Below, one piece after another: positions 56,319-64,000 of a stretch of 64,000 nt of DNA. Position 1 is the stretch's first letter, and the number at the start of each line of letters is the position of its first letter. This DNA comes from an uncultured Chloroflexia bacterium. Its GTDB lineage: Bacteria > Chloroflexota > Limnocylindria > QHBO01. A program made the position numbers and the translations under genes. Under the pieces are notes generated by a model. The model saw only the letters and a program-made list of their open reading frames with translations, did no database searches and was not told the origin of the DNA. Location of the stretch: positions 425,344 to 489,343 of the forward strand of contig CAWINH010000002.1 in NCBI GenBank assembly GCA_963837425.1, given 5' to 3'.

Positions 56319-56812
56319 CACGCGTCGGCTGGCGGCGCGGAACCGAACCGAATGCAGGGATTGATGCGGCGAGAACGCAGGATCACAATGCCGCCGTGCT
56401 CCGGGGAAGGTGGGGATCGGTTGCATCGGCTTTGGTCCTTGTTGTCGCTGCCTCTGCCCTGGCGCGCCTGTTCCTCGGTCCAGCTCCGCCCTATGGCGCC
56501 CCCGCCCTGCATCTGAGTGCCGACCCGCCGGGGCTCGTCATGGGCTGCGCGACGGCGCTCCTGGAGCCCGCCCGGGTCGCGACCTCCGGCGACGACCTGA
56601 TCCTGGTCTCGGTTGCCACCGGCGACACGCTGCCCGTCTTCTGGCCCGCTGGTATCGCTGCCTGGCCGGTCAACGGCCGCGCCGTGGTGGTGAATCCGTG
56701 GGGCACCGTCATCGGCCGGGAGGGCCTCGTCGTCGACCGCCTGGGAGGCGGGGAAGATGCGGACGGCGTCTTCCACATCTGCCCGTACGGTATCCCGCCT
56801 GCAGGTTCCTAG
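56315..56812 (+). CDS. Hypothetical secreted protein
   Basis: Hydrophobic N-terminal segment VASALVLVVAASALARLFLG. No recognized domain. Confidence 0.35.
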   Translation: MTRVGWRRGTEPNAGIDAARTQDHNAAVLRGRWGSVASALVLVVAASALARLFLGPAPPYGAPALHLSADPPGLVMGCATALLEPARVATSGDDLILVSVATGDTLPVFWPAGIAAWPVNGRAVVVNPWGTVIGREGLVVDRLGGGEDADGVFHICPYGIPPAGS

Positions 56813-56849
56813 GTTTGCGCACGCGAACGACGCGCCCCTCGAGACCGTC

Positions 56850-58004
56850 TCAATTGATGTAGAGCGCGTCGGTGGTTGCGCACACGAAGTGGCTTCCCAG
56901 CCTCCCGGTCGCATCGAGTATCAGGCCGTCGCTGACGACCACCTCACCCTTGTCGTCCACGACGACCAGGCCCGGCTGGAACGCGATGTGGAACTCGGGG
57001 CCGAACCAGGCGGGGAGCGGCGGACCGCCGGTCACCGGGTCCGCCCACACCGGGTCGAGGCGGGTCGGGTCGGTGTGGAAGACCACCGTACCCATCCCGA
57101 TGAGTTCGCAGTTGCCGGGATGGAACCGATGCAGCTGGGGCGCCGCGGCATCGAACGGTCGCCCTTCCGGCCCGAGCAGTGGCTCCCAGCGGTCCATGAC
57201 CACCTGGACGGCGCACCACAGCCGGGTGTCCGCCGCCGATTCGACGGGGACATCCGAATTGGGCACCGCGGTCCGCGTGCACGATCCGCTCGCGGGATCC
57301 AGGACATGGAGCTCGGCCCGGACCGTGATGTCGGCCGGCGGCGCGTCCAGGCCGGGGGGGACCCGGACGTCCACCGGGCCAGGTGGACGAGTCACGAGTG
57401 AGGGTGAAGGCGGATCCGTCAGCCGAGGCCCGAGCCACGACGGCTTCACCTGGTACGCAATCTCGAGACGCGAGGTCGAGGTGGAACCCTCGACCGTGAA
57501 CGGGGCGGGGCCCAGGCATTGGGCGCGGGTGAACGCGTTGAGCGCCGCGATCGTGGACAGGTTGTCGCGCGTCGGAGGGCAATCGTCGACCTGTGGTGGG
57601 CTCACCGTGTCCTGCCCCTCTTGTTTCGCGGGAATCCAGGTGAAGACGTCGCCGGAACCGCCCGGCTGAGCCACAACATAGACGCGCAGCCACTCGGCCC
57701 CATTCACGATGACCGGATCCCCGAGCACCGCGAGGTCCTGGCCGATGGAGATCGGCGGCTGAACGTCCGGCACCTGAGCCTGCCCGCCGGGGGTGTCGTT
57801 CAGCGGGAGATCGACCAGCGCCCGCGCGCGGGCGGCATTGGGGATCAGCGGAAGCCAGATTGGGTCACCGCCGGCGGGCCGTGGGGCAACCCGAGGCGCG
57901 AGGTTGATCGCGCCGGCATCGGGCGCGGAGCGAGGTTGCGTGGGGGACGCCGAGGCGCAGGCCGCCAGCAGCACCAGCAGGACCACCGCTCCTCGCCCCC
58001 GCAT
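56850..58004 (-). CDS. Hypothetical lipoprotein (384 aa)
   Basis: MRGRGAVVLLVLLAACASASP (lipobox LLAAC). Intact. No recognized domain. Confidence 0.5.
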   Translation of the reverse strand: MRGRGAVVLLVLLAACASASPTQPRSAPDAGAINLAPRVAPRPAGGDPIWLPLIPNAARARALVDLPLNDTPGGQAQVPDVQPPISIGQDLAVLGDPVIVNGAEWLRVYVVAQPGGSGDVFTWIPAKQEGQDTVSPPQVDDCPPTRDNLSTIAALNAFTRAQCLGPAPFTVEGSTSTSRLEIAYQVKPSWLGPRLTDPPSPSLVTRPPGPVDVRVPPGLDAPPADITVRAELHVLDPASGSCTRTAVPNSDVPVESAADTRLWCAVQVVMDRWEPLLGPEGRPFDAAAPQLHRFHPGNCELIGMGTVVFHTDPTRLDPVWADPVTGGPPLPAWFGPEFHIAFQPGLVVVDDKGEVVVSDGLILDATGRLGSHFVCATTDALYIN

Positions 58005-58105
58005 GCGCGCAATCTATCAGTTCGCCCCCCGACCTGGTCGTTGGCCCAATGAATGTGCCGCCTTCGTTGACGCTAGACTGATGGTCTCGCAACGGGGGAG
58101 ACTCG

Positions 58106-61001
58106 ATGGATCTCTCAGGGCATGGCCGTGGTGCGGGCCAACGCCTCGACGCCCTGCGCATCCTCACCCTCCTCTCGGTCGCCGCGCTTCTTGTTGCCAC
58201 ATCGTTGGCCAGCCCCATGATGGCCGCCGGCGGTCTCGCCGCGGTTGCAGCGGGTGGCAGCATCGACGAAGGCGGTGAACGTGCGGGCCCTGGCCGCTAT
58301 GGAGCGCGTACCCGGGTACGTTCAGCCCGTCCGCAGTGACCTGCCAGCCCTGTCGCTTGGACGTCCGGGCCAGTCGCCGACCCCTTCTGCGGATGCCGCG
58401 TTCGAACCGCCTCACGGCCTAGGACCGCGGATCGCTGCGCCCTGGCCCGGCTTCGACGAGAAGGTGTCCTTTGCCGGAATGAGCGATGCCGCGACCCTCG
58501 GTTCGTCACATCCGGTGTCCGAGCCACCCGATCCGTGGGTTGCGGTTGGACCCAGCCACGTTGTGCAGGCAGTCAACACGCGGCTTCGCTTCACGTCACG
58601 GCAAGGGGCCAATCCTCTTGAAGTCTCGCTTGCCGCCTTCTTCGGCGAGCCGGGCAGCGAGGTTCTCGACAGCGATCCGCGGATCCTGTACGACGCGATT
58701 CACGGACGATGGCTGGCCAGCGAGGTGTCGGCTGATTGCGGGACGGGCCACGTGCGTCTCGCCCTCTCGGACACGGGGGATCCGACGCTCGGTTGGCACA
58801 CCTGGGACTTTGCCTACCCCGGCCTATTGCCCGATTATCCCGGCCTCGGATTCTCGTCCGACAAGGTTGCCTTCTCGGCCAATGTCTTCGCGTGGAGCGG
58901 CTGCGTCGCTGGTGGCCTCCAGTTCGGAGAGGTGGACGCCGTCGACTGGGCTGACATCCTCGCGGGGGGCAGCGTCACCGGCACCTACTGGGCGACCGGG
59001 GCGAGCCTGACATGGCGGCCCGCCGCGAATCTCACCGCTGACCCGGTCATTCGCGCCATCGCGGAAGACGGTCCGACCGGGCACGTTCTCTATGGGGAGG
59101 TCACGGGGTCGAACACGAGCGGAGACGCCGCTCTGACCACCAGCGACCTGACTGCCGGCGGCGTGCCCGCGTTCGCTGCGCCGCCGCAGCCTCAGGACCC
59201 CCTGGGCACCATCGGCCCGCAGACAGTCGATGAACGCCCGACCGATGCGCTCTGGCAGAACGGTCGCCTCTGGTTCGTCTCAACCTACCCACACTCCTAT
59301 GACGGCGGTTCCACCTACCGCGATACGGTGCGCGTCACCGAACTGGCCACGACCGGGACCCCCGCACTCGAGCAGGACTTTCTTTTGGGGGACGCCGGGT
59401 ACGATGCCTTTTATGGCGGGATCGGTCTCTCGCGAGTCGGCGGAATGTACGTCGTCTACTCCGAGAGTGGCCCGACCGCAAGTGTGTCGCTGATCGCGGC
59501 CTACCAGAGTCCTTCAGCCGCGACCAACGCGATCGCGGGAAGTCGGTTACTGGCATCCGGGTTGGCTGGGTACAAGGGCGATCGTTGGGGGGACTACGTC
59601 GGAGTCGCCACCGACCCGGTGGATCCGTATGCCGTCTGGGAAGGCGGCGAGTACGCAAACAGCGCCGGGTCATGGGCGACGCGAGTGTCGATGCTGACCG
59701 CCCAGGCCCCCGTGATCTTCGGCCAGGGCACCCACACCGGCTACAAGTTCAGCTCGAGCGGAGCGGTGACCGCGACCAAGACCTTCACCTTGGGCCACGG
59801 CTCCGGGGCCCTCACCAGTGCCCGTTCCTCGACCCTCACCAACCAGGCGGGGACCTGGTTCCTGATCAGCAACGGCGTGTGGGCCGGCTACTGGGTCCGC
59901 GAGTCAAGCGTGGTGTACCTCAGTGGCAGCCCGATCATCCTGCCGCCCGCGCCCAACGCGACCTTCAACCCCGCTGTCAAGCTTATCTTCGGCCAGGGCA
60001 CCCACACCGGCTACAAGTTCAGCTCGAGCGGAGCGGTGACCGCGACCAAGACCTTCACCTTGGGCCACGGCTCCGGGGCCCTCACCAGTGCCCGTTCCTC
60101 GACCCTCACCAACCAGACGGGGCGCTGGTTCCTGGTCAGCAACGGCGTGTGGGCCGGCTACTGGGTCCGCGAGTCAAGCGTGGTGCATCTCGCCAGCCCG
60201 GTCATCGTGCCGCCCACCATCATCTCGCGTTCGCCGTCGCCGAATGCCGTCAACGTTGAGCTGTCACCGACGGTGAGCGCACAGTTCAGCGAGGACGTGA
60301 TCGGCGTCAGCGCCACGAGCATGGCGATCAGCAACGTCAGCGACCTCGTGAGCCTGCCGGCCACCGTCACCTATAACCCGACGACACGCACCGCCAGCCT
60401 GGTGCCCGCTGCGCCGCTCGTGATGGGGACCTATCGGGTCGCGCTGTCGGGCCGCATCAAGGACCTGGACGGTAATGCTTTGGCCTGGACCACCTGGACC
60501 TTTACCACGGCGGCCCCCGTGATCTTCGGCCAGGGCACCCACACCGGCTACAAGTTCAGCTCGAGCGGAGCGGTGACCGCGACCAAGACCTTCACCTTGG
60601 GCCACGGCTCCGGGGCCCTCACCAGTGCCCGTTCCTCGACCCTCACCAACCAGGCGGGGACCTGGTTCCTGATCAGCAACGGCGTGTGGGCCGGCTACTG
60701 GGTCCGCGAGTCAAGCGTGGTGTACCTCAGTGGCAGCCCGATCATCCTGCCGCCCGCGCCCAACGCGACCTTCAACCCCGCTGTCAAGCTTATCTTCGGC
60801 CAGGGCACCCACACCGGCTACAAGTTCAGCTCGAGCGGAGCGGTGACCGCGACCAAGACCTTCACCTTGGGCCACGGCTCCGGGGCCCTCACCAGTGCCC
60901 GTTCCTCGACCCTCACCAACCAGACGGGGCGCTGGTTCCTGGTCAGCAACGGCGTGTGGGCCGGCTACTGGGTCCGCGAGTCAAGCGTGGTGCATCTCTG
61001 A
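58106..61001 (+). CDS. Secreted cell-surface protein: signal peptide + ~450-aa uncharacterized domain (paralogous to 33758-36006) + 2x(90-aa + 72-aa beta-module) + Ig-like (Big/SbsA-type) domain + 2x(90-aa + 72-aa module). N-terminal frame switch near 58250.
   Basis: Signal MDLSGHGRGAGQRLDALRILTLLSVAALLVATSLASPMMAA. Domain EPPDPWVAVGPSHVVQAVNT...YPGLLPDYPGLGFSSDKV...DERPTDALWQNGRLWFVSTYP...RWGDYVGVATDP. Repeats APVIFGQGTHTGYKFSSSGAVTATKTFTLGHGSGALTSARSSTLTNQAGTWFLISNGVWAGYWVRESSVVYL... in four copies. Confidence 0.7.
59706..60998 (+). repeat. Two perfect 486-bp direct repeats (59706-60191 and 60513-60998) inside the surface-protein gene, each containing an internal 270-bp/216-bp sub-repeat
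   Basis: Base-for-base identity on inspection. Offset 807 bp. The intervening 321 bp encodes the Ig-like domain. Confidence 0.85.
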
Positions 61002-61180
61002 CGCGAGCGGCGATGAGTTAACGCGACTTCGCACCGCTCCGTCTGATAACCGCCGGCTCGTTGACCCTCTGCAGCACGACTGGTAAACTCCGCGGGCTTT
61101 GCGCGCCGGTCTCAGACGTGCGGTTTCCGCATCGGCTCATGGCAGGCGCGAATTCAGCGAGCAGAGAGGAGGCGAGACGT

Positions 61181-61360
61181 TTGGCAGAGGTCCGCGTGGG
61201 TGAAAACGAGTCGTTCGAGAGTGCGCTGCGCCGTTTCAACAAGAAGATCCAGCAGTCGGGAATCCTGGCTGAGGCGCGGCGCCGCGAGCACTATGAGAAG
61301 CCCAGCGTGAAGCGAAAGCGCAAGGAAGCCAAGAAGCGCAAGGCCTCCTCTCGCGCCTAG
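61181..61360 (+). CDS. rpsU: 30S ribosomal protein S21 (TTG start)
   Basis: (M)[67 protein letters not shown] Shine-Dalgarno 7 nt upstream of the TTG. Confidence 0.85.
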   Translation: MAEVRVGENESFESALRRFNKKIQQSGILAEARRREHYEKPSVKRKRKEAKKRKASSRA

Positions 61361-61442
61361 CTCGCCAGACGCTCAGTCTCCATCCGCGGGCCGCGGTCCA
61401 ACCGCCCAGACCTCGACCGATGACGCCCGCTCCATTCAGGCC

Positions 61443-61889
61443 ATGACCCTCCAGCAGCGGATCGAGTCCGCCATGCGAGACGCCATGCGCGCCCGCGATG
61501 CGCGTCGCACTTCGACGCTGCGCCTCGCGATGGCGGCTGCCCACTACCGCCAGATCGAGCTCGGCCGTCCATTGACCGATGAAGACGTCATCGAGGTGCT
61601 CGGCAAGCAGGTAAAGCAGCGCCGCGAGAGCGTCGAGCAGTTCCGCGCCGGAGGCCGCGAGGAGATGGCCGCCGCCGAGGAGGCGGAGGAGGCGATCCTC
61701 CGCGAGTTCCTCCCCGAAGGGCTCTCAGCCGACGAGCTCGAGCGGATCGTGACCGCGGCGATCGCCGAGACCGGCGCCAGCGGCCCGTCCGACATGGGCA
61801 AGGTGATGGGCCGCGTCGTGCCGGCCACGCGAGGTCGAGCCGACGGGAAGGCGCTGGCCGATCTTGTCCGAGCCAGGCTGGGCGGCTGA
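61443..61889 (+). CDS. yqeY: GatB/YqeY domain protein
   Basis: MTLQQRIESAMRDAMRARDARRTSTLRLAMAAAHYRQIELGRPLTDEDVIEVLGKQVKQRRESVEQFRAGGREEMAAAEEAEEAILREFLP. Classic rpsU-yqeY pair. Confidence 0.85.
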   Translation: MTLQQRIESAMRDAMRARDARRTSTLRLAMAAAHYRQIELGRPLTDEDVIEVLGKQVKQRRESVEQFRAGGREEMAAAEEAEEAILREFLPEGLSADELERIVTAAIAETGASGPSDMGKVMGRVVPATRGRADGKALADLVRARLGG

Positions 61890-61892
61890 GGG

Positions 61893-64000
61893 GTGTTCAT
61901 CCCCCGGACGCTGGCCGAGACCGAGGCGCGCCACGGGCGTGGGCGCTGGATCCGCGCCTTCGTGGTGGGCACGATCCTGGCGATCGCGCTGTTCGCGATC
62001 CTCACCGTCAGCATCGCGACCGGCCAGAGCGGCCTCGCGGTCGGCGACGTCGCATCGGCGGACATCCGGGCCCCGCGCTCGGTCACCTTCGAGTCCGAAC
62101 TCCAGACCGCGGCGAAGCAAGAGGAAGCGGCGAGCGCCGTCGAGCCGGTCTATGAACCGGTTGCGCCACTGGCTGACATCCGAGGCCAGCAGCTCGCGGA
62201 GTACGACTCGATCGCGCGCACGATCTCGGCGGTGATCGCCCGCCGGGACGTTGGGAACCTTGCCCAGGTTGACGTCACCGCAGAGCTGGAACGGCTCGTC
62301 CCGGAGCTGACGGCGCAGCAGGTCCAGGCCCTGGCGCCAATGCCTGCCCTTGAATGGGACCGCGTCCGCGATGCCGGGCGCACGGCGCTCGTCGACACCT
62401 ACTCGTCGCAGGTCCGTGCCGACGAGCTTGCGACGATCAAGACCGATCTCCACGCCAACATCACCTCCGAGCTGGCGGACGCGGATCGCCAACTGGCCGG
62501 TGACCTCGCCGCCAACCGCGTGGTACCAACCCTCGAGATCTCGGTGACCGAGACCCAGCAGGCGCAGCAGCAGGCGCGCGACGCGGTGCAGTCGGTGATG
62601 GTCACCCTGCAGCAGGGCCAGGTCATCGTCCGCGACGGCGAGGTCGTGACCGCGCTCGAGCTCGAGCAGCTCCAGCACCTGGGCCTCACCCAGCAGCAGC
62701 TGGAGCTCAACGAGGTGGGCGGCAACGCGCTCATCGCGGCACTCCTGTCGACGCTGCTGGTGGGGTTCCTGTGGCGCTTCGAGCCGCGCCTCTGGTTCAG
62801 GAACCGCTCGGTCCTCCTCTTCAGCCTGGCGCTGCTGCTGAGCGCGATCGCCGTCCGCGTGGCGGCGGATGGCACCTTCTGGGCCTACGTGGTGCCGACA
62901 TCGGCCACCGTCCTCCTCGTGGCGATCCTTCTCGATGCCGGGGCTGGGATGGCCATGGCCGTCATCCTCGGCGTGCTTTCTGGCGTCATGAACCAGGGCT
63001 CGCTTGGCCCGGCCGTCTACGTCGTGGCCGGGGGCATCGCCTCGGTGATCGCGATCGCGCACGCGGAACGGCTGAACGCGTTCGCCCGGGCGGCCGTCGT
63101 GCTGGCAATCACGAACGGGGCGGTCTCGATCTCGTTCTCGCTGCTCGCCCAGGGCGACCTCGGCGCCGTCGCGCAGGGGACGATCGCCGCCGGGGTGAAC
63201 GCCCTGCTTGCCGTCTTCGGAGCGGCCGGCTCGTTCATGGTCCTCGGCAACGTCTTCGGCATCATGACCGTCTTCCAGCTCCTCGAGCTCGCGAACCCGT
63301 CGTCGCGGCTGCTCCGCCGCCTGCTGCTCGAGACGCCGGGCACGTATCACCACAGCGTCATGGTCGGCAACCTCGCCGAGCGCGCGGCGGAGACGATCGG
63401 CGCCGATCCGCTGCTCGCCCGGGTTGCCGCCTACTACCACGACATCGGCAAGATGAAGAACCCGCTTGCCTTCATTGAGAACCAGGCCGGGCAGCACAAT
63501 ATCCATGACGACCTGTCGGCGGAAGTGAGCGCGCGGATCATCTCGGGCCACATCCGCGACGGCATCGATCTCGGGTACGAGCACGGATTGCCGGTGAAGA
63601 TCATCGGCTTCATCCCGCAGCACCATGGCACGAGCGTCATGAAGTTCTTCTATGGCAAGGCACTCCGTGAGGTGGGCGGCGACGAGGAGCTCGTGTCGGA
63701 GGCGACGTTCCGCTACCCGGGACCCAAGCCCCAGAGCCGGGAAGCGGCGATCCTCATGCTCTCCGACGGAGTGGAGGCATCGGTCCGTTCGCTCGACGAC
63801 AAGGACGAGGCCTCGATCCGGGCCATGGTCGACCGCATCGTGGATGCTCGCGTCGAGGACGGCCAGCTGGACGACGCGGAGCTGACGCTGAAGAACATCG
63901 CGCAGATCAAGGAGGCGTTCGTCCAGCAACTGCTCGGGATGTACCACAGCCGGATCAAGTACCCGGACAACATCGTCCCACTCGAACAGCAGCGCCGGGA
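61893..64000 (+). CDS. 7TM-receptor-with-HD-hydrolase (PgpH/YqfF-like) membrane phosphohydrolase; 3' end beyond the window
   Basis: Uninterrupted frame-0 ORF from GTG 61893 to the window end. It is absent from the ORF track because no stop lies in-window. Extracellular N-terminal domain, 7TM region, then HD domain YHHSVMVGNLAERAAETIGADPLLARVAAYYHDIGKMKNP...GFIPQHHGTSVMKFFYGKA...ILMLSDGVEASVRSL. Confidence 0.85.
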   Translation, partial: MFIPRTLAETEARHGRGRWIRAFVVGTILAIALFAILTVSIATGQSGLAVGDVASADIRAPRSVTFESELQTAAKQEEAASAVEPVYEPVAPLADIRGQQLAEYDSIARTISAVIARRDVGNLAQVDVTAELERLVPELTAQQVQALAPMPALEWDRVRDAGRTALVDTYSSQVRADELATIKTDLHANITSELADADRQLAGDLAANRVVPTLEISVTETQQAQQQARDAVQSVMVTLQQGQVIVRDGEVVTALELEQLQHLGLTQQQLELNEVGGNALIAALLSTLLVGFLWRFEPRLWFRNRSVLLFSLALLLSAIAVRVAADGTFWAYVVPTSATVLLVAILLDAGAGMAMAVILGVLSGVMNQGSLGPAVYVVAGGIASVIAIAHAERLNAFARAAVVLAITNGAVSISFSLLAQGDLGAVAQGTIAAGVNALLAVFGAAGSFMVLGNVFGIMTVFQLLELANPSSRLLRRLLLETPGTYHHSVMVGNLAERAAETIGADPLLARVAAYYHDIGKMKNPLAFIENQAGQHNIHDDLSAEVSARIISGHIRDGIDLGYEHGLPVKIIGFIPQHHGTSVMKFFYGKALREVGGDEELVSEATFRYPGPKPQSREAAILMLSDGVEASVRSLDDKDEASIRAMVDRIVDARVEDGQLDDAELTLKNIAQIKEAFVQQLLGMYHSRIKYPDNIVPLEQQRR

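Overview
High-GC (~70%) bacterial chromosomal window, about 60 genes on both strands. The LexA-box chemistry suggests Chloroflexi/Thermomicrobia or an actinobacterial relative.

Main content, 5' to 3':
- 3' part of a PAS-GAF-EAL signalling protein.
- tRNA-Ala(CGC).
- SOS mutagenesis locus: LexA box, imuA, an embedded RHH antitoxin and RelE/ParE toxin pair, imuB plus its C-terminal module, then a second LexA box and error-prone polymerase dnaE2 about 5 kb further on.
- Redox and transport genes: RibD-C reductase, LLM oxidoreductase, MFS transporter, tandem PAP2 paralogs, VIT family protein, BioY.
- carA-carB.
- A lamin-tail-domain secreted protein.
- Nucleoside phosphorylase, DUF5679 zinc ribbon protein, ROK kinase.
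- gap-pgk-eno.
- rpsT (S20) with a Lys/Ala-rich tail.
- An S-layer-homology surface protein.
- VanW family protein, APH-family phosphotransferase.
- lepA, CPBP protease, hemW.
- A perfect CIRCE operator, then hrcA-grpE-dnaK.
- DUF11 protein, mscL, DDAH family hydrolase.
- A 50-bp hairpin tandem-repeat array.
- xth convergent with a YcaQ/AlkZ-like glycosylase.
- dnaJ (with its own degenerate CIRCE), prmA, rsmE, HIT protein, GNAT acetyltransferase.
- Several secreted or lipoprotein hypotheticals.
- A second paralogous surface protein with 486-bp perfect internal DNA repeats.
- rpsU, yqeY, and the 5' part of a 7TM-HD phosphohydrolase.

Many housekeeping genes (gap, pgk, eno, carB, lepA, hemW, dnaE2, imuA, imuB and others) are broken across two or three reading frames. 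The breaks cluster in blocks: about 2.5-14 kb and 21-43 kb are heavily affected, while 14-21 kb and 43-58 kb are clean. This looks like uncorrected indel sequencing error rather than biology, and gene coordinates in those blocks are approximate.

The most interesting finding is the LexA-regulated imuA-(antitoxin/toxin)-imuB cassette with a separate LexA-boxed dnaE2. Secondary findings:
- Two paralogous cell-surface proteins that share a roughly 450-aa uncharacterized domain, one of which carries perfect 486-bp repeats.
- A CRISPR-like but non-CRISPR hairpin repeat array in the DDAH/xth divergent promoter.
- S20 with a histone-like Lys/Ala tail.
- CarB without its MGS-like regulatory domain.
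- MscL with a zinc-ribbon tail.
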